Positions 25,722 to 38,389 of a DNA stretch of 64,000 nucleotides are shown here, in pieces. Under the pieces are notes generated by a model. That model searched no databases. It worked only from the letters and a program-made list of their open reading frames with translations, and was not told the origin of the DNA. Position 1 is the stretch's first letter. Every line of letters begins with the position of its first letter. The translations under genes were made by a program, and so were the position numbers. The stretch is taken from positions 33,356,001 to 33,420,000 of the forward strand of contig CM059428.1 of assembly GCA_030390025.1 (NCBI GenBank), in the 5' to 3' direction. Source of the DNA: Squalus acanthias. Taxonomy: Eukaryota.

Positions 25722-26549
25722 AGAAAATGCTGGAAACACTCAGCAGGTTAGGCAGCAGCTGTGGAGAGAGAAACAGAGTTAACTTTTCACTGAGGTGCTG
25801 TTCCTCAAGCTTGCGTTGAGCTTCATTGGAACAGTGTAGGAAGCCAAGGACAGGGAGGTTACAGTGGGAGTGGGATGGAGAATTAAAGTGGCAAGCGACC
25901 GGAAGCTCAGGGTCACACAAGCTCGAGGAACAGCACCTCCTCTTTCTACTAGGCACTTTACAGCCTCCGGTCTTAACATTGAGTTTAACGACTATAGACC
26001 TTAACCACCACTCCCATTTTCTCTCAGCACTAGAGCCACTGGAAGTGGAGAAGGTGTGGGGTGGTACTTGGAGGGTCCCCTATCGGTACATGGCCAGTGG
26101 GCTGGTCCGCATCCCTGGGGCCTACCTACCTTTCTCCTGCCATATTCCTGTGCCATGGGGCCTTCCTATCTTTGCCACATTTTCCATGCTTCCCTTCTCC
26201 TCTGCTATTCTGCTGTAACCATTTACACTTCCTCTGAACCTATCTTTTGTTTCTTTATTTGTCTCATTATCACCTCATTTTGTCTGACTTTTATCATTTA
26301 ATCACTCCTGCCCTTCGCAGACCTTTCCCTTTTGTTCTTTTCCTGCCCCATTTTCCCTGGCTCTACGTTTGCTTAAAAGTTGTTCATCGCTAACATCTTC
26401 CAGTTCTGGTGAAAGGTCATCTACCTGAAACAAAATGACTCTGTTTCTCTCTCCACAGATTCTGTCTGACCTGCTGAGTATTTCCAGCATTTTCTGTTTG
26501 TTTGTTTCAGATTTCCAGCATCTGCAGAATATTTTTCTTTTGTTTTGTG
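25722..26549 (+). mobile_element. Penelope-like 3' fragment with an inverted 5' segment (25722-~25915 on -)
   Basis: 10-bp TSD ATTCTAAACC (25712-25721, 26550-26559); KLEEQHL occurs on both strands; degenerate hammerhead motif at ~26402-26430. Confidence 0.85.
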
Positions 26550-28224
26550 ATTCTAAACCTATTCGGTTAATTGAAGTCTCCCATTAAAATAACTTTCCTG
26601 TTCTTGTATATCCTTTCTATAACAAATTGTCTTCCTTCTGATGCGGACCTGATGGTCTATAGTTCACCATCCTGTAGGTATTGCCCTTATAACACGCATG
26701 GATATCTATTTCACTGAGTAAAATCCCCATTGACTACAATCTATGAGCTGCAAACTGCATCTTAGTCCAGGCTGTCCTCTCCAGCTTTCGAACTACTTTT
26801 TCTTCTGGGACCTTTTTTCCTTCTGTAATGTTAGTCAGTGCCTGGTATCTATTCGCTAATGTAATTTCTTGAGTAGCCTCACTGGGTTTCCTACCTTTCT
26901 TGCTTCTTTTACCAACCTTAATCTATCCAGTATCCCAATTTCTTTGTCTCCTCTCAGCACTTGTCTCTGCATCATGACAACCCTATTCCTGATTGTACAA
27001 CTCTCCAGCTCCAATCCCTGAAGATTTTCTCCCGAGGGCTAATTCTAGCCTGAGATGACGCACTTAACAGAATACTGTCCATTTGGCCTCAATAATCGCT
27101 CACTTGTAAGCCCTTTATAAGTTCCTGTACTTTGCTCTCTAAGGCCATAACTCTTTCTTTAAGCTTATTGATTAACAGACAGTTTTTTTTCTATTGGAGA
27201 TGGCTTTTTCATTTCTGAACATCCTACAGTAAACACACCCTATAGTCTACATTGTAGCTACACTTCTCTTGGCTGTGTCCCCCCCCCCCCCCCCATTAGT
27301 TTTATTTTAAAAAATGTTCTCCATTGACTTTACTTACTTGCCACATTTTAATTTTTGCTTTTCTCACAGGCTCCTTTTTACTACCCTTGAGGACATTATC
27401 AGATTTGTTGAATTCAATTTCAAAAATTTTCCATGGTGAGATTTGAACTCATGACCTGTGGGTTGCTAGTCCATGCACTGTAACCACTACACTACTGTAC
27501 CCATTCATTCTATAGTGGTCAGTTGCAAATACAAGGAATCCCAGCTGGTTTGTTTTAGAAAGGAAGATTGTGTTAAATAATCTATCCAGGCAGAATCTTT
27601 TTCATGTCCTACAGATTGACCTAAAACTGAAGTCTGAAATTCTTCTAACACCCTACAGGTATCTTACTACAGCAAAAAGTATAACGTAGTTAGGCATCTT
27701 CCAGCTAGAGGGAGATTCAGTAATGGGAAATCCAAATTATAGAGTGGATTGAAGAACCTACAAGGCTGCGGACCAAGAGCTGGAACGTGGGATTAGGCTG
27801 GATAGCTCTTTTTCGGCCGGCACAGACATCATGGATCGAATGGCCTCCTTCTGTGCTGTAAATTTCTATGATTCTATTTAAGGAAATGGGAAGAAAAGTG
27901 TTTAAGAAAATTTTGTACAAATATATTGATGTTAAGACTATGCATAATGCTCCCAGTGCTAACTTAAATAAATATAACCTAAAGGGCCATTATTTGACCC
28001 ATTTCCCTAGAGAACTACTTCTAGAAAGAGTTGGAGGGAAAACCTATATTCAAAATTTTTATAGCATCAATTAATGGATGTACTTGTTCAACCAAGACAG
28101 CCAACAGGGATTTGAACATTCTGTCTACAGCCTTTAAATGGTAGACAATCTGGCTTATGTCTGTCTTGGTCTAGTACAAGAATGATGTACATACAACTAG
28201 AAGATCTGCACATCCTCGTGAAGA

Positions 28225-28740
28225 CCTGATCAAGATCTATAAAATAATTAAAGGGCTGTATAATGTGCCATTCCAGTTTAACAGATTGGGGAGGACCAGG
28301 GGACACAACTTTAAACTATGCAACAGTAGGAATAGACTGGATGTTAAGGCAGTTCTTCTTTTCCCAGAGAGTAGTGAGCCTCTGAATACACTGCCAGCTG
28401 GTGTGGTGAGTGCTGCCTCTCTGTATGCCTCCAAGAGGGAGCAGGACTGGTTCTTGACTGGGGCAGAGATCGCATCATATATAAGGTAAGTGGCTTTATA
28501 GATAACACATGGTCCATGTGATCTCCTGGACTGGTTTTGATCGGCAGAGGGGGGCGAAGAGGAATTTTCCAGAGTATTTTTTACCTTATTGGCCCTAGGT
28601 TTTTTCGGCTCTCCCAGAAGATTACATGGCTACGGGGTGCTGGGGGGAGTATTTAGGCAAGGTGGTCCAGCCATCATGGTGTGGGGCAAGCTTGATGGAC
28701 CAGCTGGTCTTTTCCTGCTAGTCAATTTTGTATGTTCATA
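28225..28740 (+). mobile_element. CR1-like LINE 3' end
   Basis: RTRGHNFKL...RLDV...FPES decayed ORF2 C-terminus followed by a 3' UTR. Confidence 0.65.
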
Positions 28741-29129
28741 ATGTTGCTGAACGTAGACCATTTGTCACATGACAAATGCTTGTGCTGACAATTGAGCTGA
28801 GATGTTACTACATGTCCTCTGGAAATCTTCTGGGATGGTTCCACTTTGGACTGAGGTTTTATAACCAGGCTACTGCATCTGTTAAAGTGAGAGCACTGTA
28901 ACCTAATGCTGCAACTTTCTTCACTCATTAGAAATGACAGCCACGAGTATACACGCCCAAAATCATCCTGCCCTCATGTGTACCTTTTGTTAAACATGCC
29001 TCCTACTTCAGGGGCAGGATGCTTTACTCCGGTTTGTCCGGCAGTGGATTAATGTATAAAAACACAAGATTTCCTAGGTCGTGGATAATTTTTGTTGTTG
29101 AGCTAATTCATATCTATATAGTTAAAAGT

Positions 29130-29264
29130 TCTGATGAAAGGTCGTCGACCTGAAACATTAACTCTGTTTCTCTCTCCACAGATGCTGCCTGACCTGCTGA
29201 GTATTTCCAGCATTTTCTGTTTTTATTTCAGATTTCCAGCATCTGCAGTATTTTACTTTTGTTT
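29130..29264 (+). mobile_element. 135-bp Penelope-derived insertion starting at a hammerhead core (motif 29127-29163)
   Basis: 11-bp TSD TAGTTAAAAGT (29119-29129, 29265-29275); AGTT-CTGATGA-A-AGGTC-gtc-GACCT-GAAA-CA-TT-AACT; the remainder matches the PLE tails at 25380-25479 and 26400-26549. Confidence 0.85.
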
Positions 29265-29479
29265 TAGTTAAAAGTCTTGGTTGAACGTGAATAAGCCAAC
29301 AGCAGCTTCTTATCCAGCCCTATATTCTATTGTGGATTCCTATGGCTATTAGTTGAAATAGAAATCCTTTGTGGGAAATTTGTCAAATGTTAGCCAAGAT
29401 CTTCCCTTCTCCTGGCTATTTTATATTAAGTTATTGCTATACAGGTACTCCTCCAACCTGTTTTTTTCAAACTCCATCC

Positions 29480-29935
29480 CAGTAAAACTAGATAATAAGC
29501 TGGACTCCCCGTATCAATCCTCCACAAGTTACAATTCATTCAAAAACCTGCAGCCCGCACCCTCACCTATATCCCCATCACCCCCATACTCTCACTGGCT
29601 CCCTATGCCCCAATGAGTTAACTTCAAAATTCTTGTCCTCACTTTCAAATCCCTCCATGGTCTCGCCCTACCCCAACTTACTGATCTCCATTTTTACATG
29701 TCTGCATACCCTGAACTGCTCTAACACTAGGTTAATCCTTGTCCCCTGCTCCACCATTTAGCCACTATGCTTTTGTCCCCCACAGCTCCCTGCCTAGTTT
29801 CCTATGATGCGTCACCTCCCAAGGTGTTTTCAAAAACCCTTCCCTTCAACCCAGCCTTAGTTTCGCCCCACCTTAGCACTCTACATTTTCCTTCTTGCTT
29901 AGCAGTCACTGTTTTACTTCTTTAAAGTGCTTTGA
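29480..29935 (+). mobile_element. L2-clade LINE 3' fragment
   Basis: Decayed ITPIL..HWLPM..FKILVLTFKSLHGLA motif. Confidence 0.65.
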
Positions 29936-29941
29936 GATATC

Positions 29942-30654
29942 GGCCTGGAATTTGTGGTCAGTGGCGAAGTGATGATGCTTGCTGCTGACCTCGAAGAAAG
30001 CTGCCCACAAAGATCTAGCGATCTCTGTGGCGCGAATTTCACCTGTCCCCACGTTAGTTTGATTCTGGCGCAGGAGATCTCCAGCGTCCAGCTGACTAAG
30101 CAGCCAATCACATTGAAGAATTCTCACAGACAGCAAACCAGGAAGTAAAATGCACTGATTTTCCTTCACTTAATCAATCATTTTACAGAGAGTGAAATAA
30201 AGATTGGGGCATGCACATGGGATTACGGTAGAAGCTCAAATATCAAACAAACTTTAAAAATTATATTAAAATCCATGTAATTCTTTTCATATTAATAGAA
30301 AAATTTGGCATTCCACAAAAACAATTCGTTTTTCAGGGCCAGAACGGTTGTTCAGCAGTCAGTACGCCTCTTTCAACAAGGCTCAATTTTTTTTGGGGGG
30401 GTGGGGTGGTTAACAGTGATATTCCAGCGTAAAAGGGGAAGTTTTCGTCAGTTCTGGGTGATTTGAATTGATTTCGGGATCGGGGGAGTTCCACAGCGCA
30501 GCCTGTGGAGGAGCAGGGAATGACTGACAGCAACGTCTGGATTTCCGTGTTTATCGGTGCATGTGCGGACTCCAGAAGTTGCTGTCAGTTTCAGAGGAGT
30601 AATGATGGCGAATGCTGACAGTTTCACCATCATTACTACAGCAAAATCTGGGCC
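29942..30654. mobile_element. Harbinger-type MITE, family C
   Basis: Ends GGCCTGGAATTTG / CAAAATCTGGGCC; flanks ATC/ATT; colinear with 37560-38187. Confidence 0.8.
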
Positions 30655-30789
30655 ATTATTCTGCATGTGAGCAGTACTATCAAAATGTCTTTGTGGTTCA
30701 TATAATACGAGGGGTTACGTTTGGCATATATAATGCCACATGAACAATCAATAGTCCTGACGACCCGGGAAATCTAGCAATTCTGAAAA

Positions 30790-31775
30790 ATCTGACATGC
30801 CCTCTCAGTCACCTAAGTGGAAGCACTTGTATAAATTGGGCTGCCCCAGCAAAGAGGGCATCGGCGATTTGCATTTATAGAGGAGTGCATAGCAAATTGG
30901 CAGATCTGGCAAAAGTTCCCTGTTGCTCCCTGAAATGAGCCTGTGGAATACAAGTCGAGTGCCGTGGTCACTTTCTCTGCCAGAGAGAGCCAGATGTGCT
31001 GTGGACATCGGTTGCAGATCTGGCTGCAGCAGCGAACAGAGTTTCTTCAAAGAATGGCCTGTTTCTGTGCTGTAAATTCTAAATGTAAAGCTTCATGATT
31101 GAAGTGCAGCCTCCTGAAACAGAATTCCTGGGAAAGGTCTTAAAAAGTGTGCCTGGGTCTAAAGATCCTGCCATATGGGTAGTGCTGAAATGGCCTGACT
31201 CTTCCGTGGTGCTGCCAGATTAATCTGGCATCACTTACGGCCTTCTGCTGCTCCTCTTCCTCCAGCAAAGAGATCATGTAAAGTAGGATTCCCATTGGGA
31301 AGCACATTCTGCAGCCCTTAGATCCCAGCTCAGTAATTATCTTGAAATAGAATGCTATCCAAGGATATTGCAGAACTTAGGGAAAAGCTTCCCGAGTATA
31401 AGAGTGAAAAAAAGTTTTGAAATACCTGCAGTCAATTCCAAGATATGGTCAAAAGTCTCCATATGCAATCTCAGTGAGCAGTGTCACTTTAATGAAGTAC
31501 CTCAGTCTTGATAAACAGGTCCTGGCAAACTACACCTTTTAAACTGTGGTGCACAAAGTTAATGGCAGATAGGAAGGTGGAAGTCCTGAAATTTTAAGAT
31601 GAGTGACATCATTCACCAATTGGATATGGCTGCCACCGTGAAGGCAGGCACTTCTTCAGCCTGCCCTGAAACTGAACGGAATTTCTGCTGGGGCAATTCT
31701 CAAGTAAATTGGCCCCAACAGAAATTCCTGACCTCGCAAAGGCACGCACTCCCACAGCACAGAAATTTCAGGGTC
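30790..31775 (-). mobile_element. Old Harbinger fragment (transposase N-terminal region plus upstream end)
   Basis: LCSLLQPDLQP...KVTTALDLYSTGSFQG on the minus strand; subterminal hairpin 31678-31728; terminus-like AAATTTCAGGGTC. Confidence 0.65.
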
Positions 31776-32136
31776 AGTATGTCTGGGAGAAGGTACTGAA
31801 AGCCTGTATTCAGAAACCAATATAGCCAATGTTGCTTTGATGACTGGAACAGCTCATTTGAAATGTTAATATATGCAGATTGACAGACAATAATGTCTCT
31901 CTGAATACTGAACCACTAGGGAAATTCACAATAAGGGGCGAAACACCATCAAGGAGAAATGCATGAAGAGAACAGCAATTTTCAGACTTTTAACACCTCA
32001 CCTCACCGGATTTAAAGTCTGTTAAACACACAGTTCATTTGCATACTTGAAAGAAATGGCTGTAATTGAAAGAAGTTCCACGGCATAAATCGCGCCTTGG
32101 ACTGCGCGTTTTTAGTTCTATATAAAAGCATGCGGA

Positions 32137-32545
32137 CTCTGAAGTCAGAAGGTTGTGGGTTCAAGTCCCACTCCAGAGCTTGAGCACAAAAATCTAGGCT
32201 GACACTCCAGTGCAGTGCTGAGGGAGTGCTGCACTGTCAGAGGTGCCGTCTTTCAGATGAGACGTTAATCCGAGCTCTCTCAGGTGGACGTAAAAGATCC
32301 CATGGCACTATTTCGAAGAAGAGCAGGGGAGTTCTCCCCTGGCCAATATTTTTCACTCAATCAACATCACAAAACAGATTATCTGGTCATTATCATATTG
32401 CTGTTTGTGGGAGCTTGCTGTGCGCAATTGGCTGCTGCATTTCCTACATTACAACAGTGACTACACTTCAAAAGTACTTCATTGGCTGTAACACACTTTG
32501 GGACGTTCGGTGGTCATGAAAGGCGCTATATAAATGCAAGTATTT
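32137..32545 (+). mobile_element. SacSINE1/DeuSINE-like SINE
   Basis: B-box GGGTTCAAGTCCC, core GGACGTAAAAGATCCCATGGCACTATTTCGAAGAAGAGCAGGGG, tail GAAAGGCGCTATATAAATGCAAG. Confidence 0.85.
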
Positions 32546-33510
32546 CTTTTCCTGTGGGCGAACTGGATCTGGCATTATCTATAGATTATCTTCAAGACCA
32601 ACCCAAAATCACATTGCCTGGCAGAGTGTAATGGTTGATTTTAGTTTTATTGTTTGCAAGTACTGTGCTGTTTGAGCTTGTACGTTAGTCAACCTGAAAA
32701 TAAATCTGAGCAAACACCTTTAGCTTTTACACATTGACGAGATGACGTTATTTTCTGTCTACCGAAGTGACAGATGAACGTGGTTGGCATCTCACATATT
32801 CTCCATGGAGCAATATACCGCAGTTACGGGTTGATTGTTAAACAGCAGCCCAAACATGGCTTGAAGAAGGATGCTTATGGAAACTGATGTCTAGCTGTGA
32901 AGACAGAGCAAGCGTTAGGAATGAAAAAACAAAACAAAAACAAATTCCAGGCACCTCTCCACATTAAGATAGTTTTCTGAGAGCTGAAAGGGAGCAGCTG
33001 TGCACCTTTTTATAACTTTTTGCGCAATTAGCTCATGCTTATCATGTTGAGGTCCGTGCACATGTAAGTGAGATGGCACCTTTACTGGAGAGATGCAGTT
33101 TTAAAAGTGGATCTGATCCAGGAATAATTGAAGGCATAGTCAACATGCAAGTAGACAGTGTGTTTGAGGTGATGGGGTCATGTAGAACTAGGGGCCAGCT
33201 ATATACACATAGAAACAGGAGTGAACTTAGATTTCTAGAAGTTTTACTTTTCTCAGAAGGGGAACAAATTATGGAAGAGGATTCTGGAAGTGGCAGTGAA
33301 GAAGGACTCTTTACAATCCTTCAAGTCAGTGTTAAGACATATTTATTTGAGAAAATGAGGTGATCACGTGTGGAACTAATTATTCTGAAAAATAGCTAAT
33401 GAGTGTCAGCCGTGACTCAGTTGGTAGCACTCTCGCCTCTAAGTCAAAAGGTTGTTGGTTCAAGTCCCACTCCAGAGACTTGAGCACAAAAACATCTAGG
33501 CTGACACTCC

Positions 33511-34568
33511 TTCTTCTTAGGCAGTCCCTCGGAACCGAGGATGACTTGCTTCCACATTAAAAATGGGTTCTCAGGTGACTGATGAGTCCAATGCGGGACC
33601 TACAGTCTCTGTCACAGGTGGGGCAGACGGTGGTTGAAGGGGCGGGGTGCTTGGGTTGACGTGTGCTCCTTCCGCTGTTTGCGCTTGACTTCCGCTTGCT
33701 CCCGGCAAAGAGACTCGAGGTGTTCGGCGCCTTCCCGGATGCTTCTCCTCCACTTTGTGCGGTCTTGGGCCAGGGATTCCTGGGTGTCAGTGGGGATGTT
33801 GCACTTTTTCAAGGAGGCTTTGAGGGTGTCCTTGAAGTGTTTCCTCTGCCCACCTGGGGCTCTCTTGCCATGTCGGAGCTCCGAGTAGAGCGCTTGTTTT
33901 GGGAGTCTCGTATCGGGCATGCGGACGATGTGGCCCGTCCATCAAAGCTGATAGAGTGTGGTCAAAGCTTCGATGCTCGGGATGTTGGCCTGAGCAAGAA
34001 CACTGACGTTGGTGCGCCTATCCTGCCAATGGATTTGCAGGATCTTGTGGAGGCAGCGTTGGTGGTACCTCTTCAGTGCTTTGAGGTGCCTGCTGTACAT
34101 GGTCCATGTCTCTGAAGCATACAGGAGGGCGGGTATCACTATTGCTCTGCAGACCATAAGCTTGGTGTTGGATTTAAGGTCCTGGTCTTCAAACACTCTC
34201 TTCCTCAGGCTGCACTGGCATACTGAAGGCGGTGTTGGACTTCATCATCGACGTCTGCCCTTGTTGACAATAGGCTCCCGAGGTATGGAAAGTGGACCAC
34301 GTTGTCCAAGGCCTCGTCATGGATTTTGATAATCAGGGTGCAGTACTGTGTGGCGGGGGCAGGTTGGTAGAGGACCTTTGTCTTACGGATGTTTAGTGTA
34401 AGGCCTATGCTCTCGTACGCTTCAGTGAAGGCGTTGACGATGGTTTGGAGTTCGACCTCAGAGTGTGCACAGACGCAAGCGCTGTCTGCATACTGTAATT
34501 CGATGACACAGGATGGGCTGGAGGTGATGGAGGTTGAAGAGTTTCCTGTTTGTTCTGTAGATTAGCTC
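33511..34568 (-). mobile_element. 5'-truncated RTE LINE, same family as 19884-21489
   Basis: Closely similar peptide (LLYASETWTMYSRHLKAL...RLPKQALY); flanked by CACTCC (33505-33510, 34569-34574). Confidence 0.92.
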
Positions 34569-34835
34569 CACTCCAGTACAGTGCTGAGGGAGTGCTGCAC
34601 TGTTGGAGGTGCCGTCTTTGTGAGACATTAAACCGAGGCCTCATCTGCTCTCTCAGGTGGCCGTAAAAGATCCCATGACACTATTTCGAAGAGCAGGGGA
34701 GTTATCCCTGGTGTCAAGGCTAATATTTATCCCTCAATGAACATCAGTAAAAAAAAAAAATTATCTGGTAATTATCTGTTTGTGAAAGCTTACTGTGTAC
34801 AAATTGGCTGCCGCGTTTCCCACATTAGTCACTAC

Positions 34836-34984
34836 CAATGTTCCCTTTAATTTTTTTTATGGGGCTGCACGGCCCATTCAAAATACCGTGCATGCGTGGT
34901 TTTTCCCATTTAAAAGCTGGTGAGTCGGCTGCGCGGGAGCTCCAGAGCGCTGCGACGTGGCCGCTCAGCTTAAGGGGGACATTG
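34836..34984. mobile_element. 149-bp hAT MITE (partial second copy ~21925-22001)
   Basis: TIRs CAATGTTCCCTTTAA / TTAAGGGGGACATTG; 8-bp TSD GTCACTAC/GTGACTAC. Confidence 0.85.
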
Positions 34985-35421
34985 GTGACTACACTTCAAA
35001 AGTACTTCATTCGCTGTAAAGCGCTTTGGGATGTCCTGAGGTCATAAAAGGCACTATATAAATGCAAGTCTTTCTTCTACTGAGCCATGGCTGACACCTT
35101 GGAAGCAACACCTTCAGGGCAGGTGAGCGGAGTAGATTGCAGAGAAAAATAAATACATGAGGCCTGCTAAGTGTATAAATCCAGTCTTGAGCAATTGTAC
35201 ATTTTTTTCTTCCTCTTGGTGGATGTCACCAGAGTTGTGCACCAGAGTCTTGGGGTACCCCTTGTAAAAAAGGTTTTTAAAAAATTGGTATTTTAACAAC
35301 GAAAGGAGACATTGAATGAAAAAAGTCCATTTGGTCCATCAAGCCTGTTCCTGCTGTGAACCACATTACAATTAGAGTTTCTGGATTTTGGGTTAAACTG
35401 ATAAAACTCACCCTACTGGAT

Positions 35422-35983
35422 TAGGAACATAGTTGCAGAAGTAGGCCATTCAGTCCCTCGAGCCTGTTCCACCATTCAATTACATCATGGCTAGTCTGTA
35501 TCTTAACTCCATCTACCTGCCTTGGTTCTGTAACCCTTAACACCCTTGCCTAAGAAAAAAAATGATCAATTAAAGTTTTGAAATTTGCAATTGACCCGCA
35601 GTCTCAACCATTTTTTTTGGGAGAGTTCCAAATTTCCACTACCCTTTGTGTGAAGAAGTGCTTCCTGACATCACCCTATAACAACTTCGCTCTAATTTTA
35701 AGATTATGTTCCCTTGTTTTGAACTTCCCCACTGGTGAAAAGAGTTTCTCTCTATCTACCCCATCAAATCCTTTAATCATCTTAAACACCTCAATTAGAT
35801 CACCCCTTAATCTTGTATACTCATTGGAATATAAGCCTAGTCTATGCAATTTGACTTCATAAATTAACCCTTTTAGCCTGGTATCATTCTGGTGAATCTG
35901 TGCTGCACCCCCTCCAAGGCCAATATATCCTTCCTGAGGTGTGGTGCCCAGAACTGAACGCAGTACTGTAAATGGGGTCTAAA
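35422..35983 (-). mobile_element. CR1 LINE 3' fragment (shorter tails at ~17083-17310 -, ~18098-18190 -, ~27745-27875 +, ~8485-8800 -)
   Basis: Reverse complement resembles the 3' end of the CR1 at 55727-57749. Confidence 0.8.
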
Positions 35984-36419
35984 TGTGATTATTTTATTTA
36001 TTAACACTGAAAAAAGTAGAATAAATTTTAGGACTCAAGGCAGAAACAGAATTCAAGCTTCCATCCCCAACACTCTATTAATGACCCTTTTCTCATTTTA
36101 CTGTCTGCTTTCCCAGGCTGTATCGTGTGCGGATCATTATTATGCTTTCTGGTTTTCATCAGATTTTACTCTGATTTTTGCTGTTTTAAAAATACAAAAA
36201 CTAAAGCACCTATAAAGCATTAAATTTGTTGCAAATGTAGAATTGCTAAAAAAAAACTTCAGCAACATTCTACCAAAAATATGAGCACTTAAAACCAGAA
36301 TCTTGATACACAATCCACTCCACCCCACACATTCAATCTCCAAAGAAAAGTTTCTGGAAAGCTCCCTCTAGCCCCCCCAAAAAATAAATCAAGCAAAACT
36401 CCAGAATACCAATCTTCTG

Positions 36420-36832
36420 GATCAGCCTTGGCATGTGGTAGCACTCTCACCTCTGAGTCAGAAGATCGTAGGTTCAAGTCCCACTCCAGAGCCTTCAGCA
36501 CATAATCTAGGTTGACATTTCAGTGCAGTGCTGAGGGAGCAATGCATTGTTAGAGGAGCTGTCTTTCGAATGAGAGGTTAATCCGAGACCCCGTCTGTCC
36601 TCTCAGGTGGAAGTAAAAGATCCCATGGTATTATTCGAAGAAGAGTAGGGAGTTCTCCCCAGTGTCCTGGCCAACATTTCTCCCTCAGCCAACACCAGCA
36701 AAAGCACATTATCTGGTCATTTATCTCATTGGCTGCCATATTTCCCAAATCACAACCATAGTAACTACACTTCAAAAGTACTTCATTGGATGTGAAGCGA
36801 TCGGAGGTCGTGAAAGGTGCTATATAAATGCA
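36420..36832 (+). mobile_element. SacSINE1-like SINE
   Basis: Same head, core and tail as the other copies. Confidence 0.85.
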
Positions 36833-37559
36833 TTACATTAGTCATCCTTCTTCCCTTGGTCCCAACATCAAGTTACATATAGCATTTGATCAGTTCTGTC
36901 TTTAGCACCAAAGTTTGCAAATTTAGCCTGCTACATGAATAGAAAGAAAGAAAAGAAAGACTTGAATTTATAGCCAAGGGTTGGTATTTTATATTCAAAG
37001 AACTCTCCACTGTTTCCTTCCTCTAACTTGAACTCTACTTTGAACAGGTAGTGCCATCCACTACTTTGATCCATGGGGAGCAGCATACGTTTTCACTGCT
37101 GGTGTCTCATTCAGTGGTATGTGGACTTGGCATGAGGTATCGGCAAGGGGAAAAGATTAGGAAAAGGGAGCAAGGGACCAGGCATGGGCTGGAGGACTGA
37201 GGAAGGGTCTAGGGCATAGGAAGCAGACAACTGGCAAGCAGATTGCACTGCATCAACTGAAATGTATTATACCACAGCAAGTTGTTTTTCTTATTTCATA
37301 TAAAGAGCACACAACTACATTATCAAATTTGATACAGCTTCTCATGTATGTTTTCACACTAATTAAGCTCAGATCATTGCCAACAATGAGGTTTTAACTA
37401 ATAGAATTGGACTTTATAATATAATATAAACAACAGCAAAACGCACAGAAAAACACTATTTATTTATTAAAAAATCCAGGGCTGTAAATTCAGGCCTCAG
37501 CCCTCCCCACATCATCTCCTGGCCTCATGTCTTTTCCATGTTCCAGCAGACCAGGTAAT

Positions 37560-38187
37560 CGCCCGGAATTTGCGGTAAGTGGCGAAGCGACGGTGCTCGC
37601 TGCTGGCCTCGAAGAAAGCAGCCCACAAAGACTTTGTGAAGAATTCTCACAGACAGTAAACCAGGAAGTAAAATGCACAGAATATAATTTACTTTTTATA
37701 AATTTTACAGAGAGCAAAATAAAGATTGGGACATACACATAGGATTAAGGTAGAAGCTGAAATATCATAAACAAGCTTAAAAAGAATTGAAAACCATGTA
37801 ATTCTTATCATAATGCAAAAAATTTGACATTCCACAAATATAAAATTAGTTTTTCAGGGCCAGAATGATTGTTCAGCAGTCAATACGCTATTAAAAACCC
37901 AGTTACACCTCTTTTAATAAGGCTTAACCTTTTTGCGGGAGGGTGGGGGGGGGGGAACTTCCAGCGTAATAGGGGAAGTTTTTGTCCTTCAGGGTGATTT
38001 GAATTGATTGGCTCTGGGGAGTTCCACAGCGCAACCTGTGGAGGAGCAGGGAATGACTGACAGCAACTTCTGGATTTCTGTGTTTATCTGCACATGCGCT
38101 GACTCCAGAAGTTGCTGTCACTTTCAGAGGAGCAATGACGGCGAACGCTGACAGTTTCGCTGTCATTACCACCACATAATCCCAGTC
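37560..38187. mobile_element. Harbinger-type MITE, family C, second copy
   Basis: Colinear with 29942-30654 apart from an internal deletion; AAT on both flanks (37557-37559, 38188-38190). Confidence 0.8.
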
Positions 38188-38389
38188 AATAGCCTCCCCA
38201 CGCCACCCGCCCCGATCTTAATATCCACCTCTGACCCAATTATTGTAGGCTAGCAACTTACTGCGTAGCCAGAGCTTTCAAAAAGGTGTGCATCAGCAAA
38301 GGAACATGAGTGAGCACAAAATGGATTGATTGGGAGACAAATAGAGAACAAATCAGAGTGAAGGATATAGTTAGACAGTCAAAGGAAAA

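Larger units (their letters stand above)
33403..35075 (+). mobile_element. Full-length SacSINE1-like SINE interrupted twice (RTE and hAT MITE)
   Basis: Segments 33403-33510, 34569-34835 and 34985-35075 are colinear with uninterrupted copies. Confidence 0.88.

Noticed and set aside
33403-33480. tRNA gene
   Set aside because: tRNA-like A/B boxes continue straight into the SINE body; this is a SINE head.
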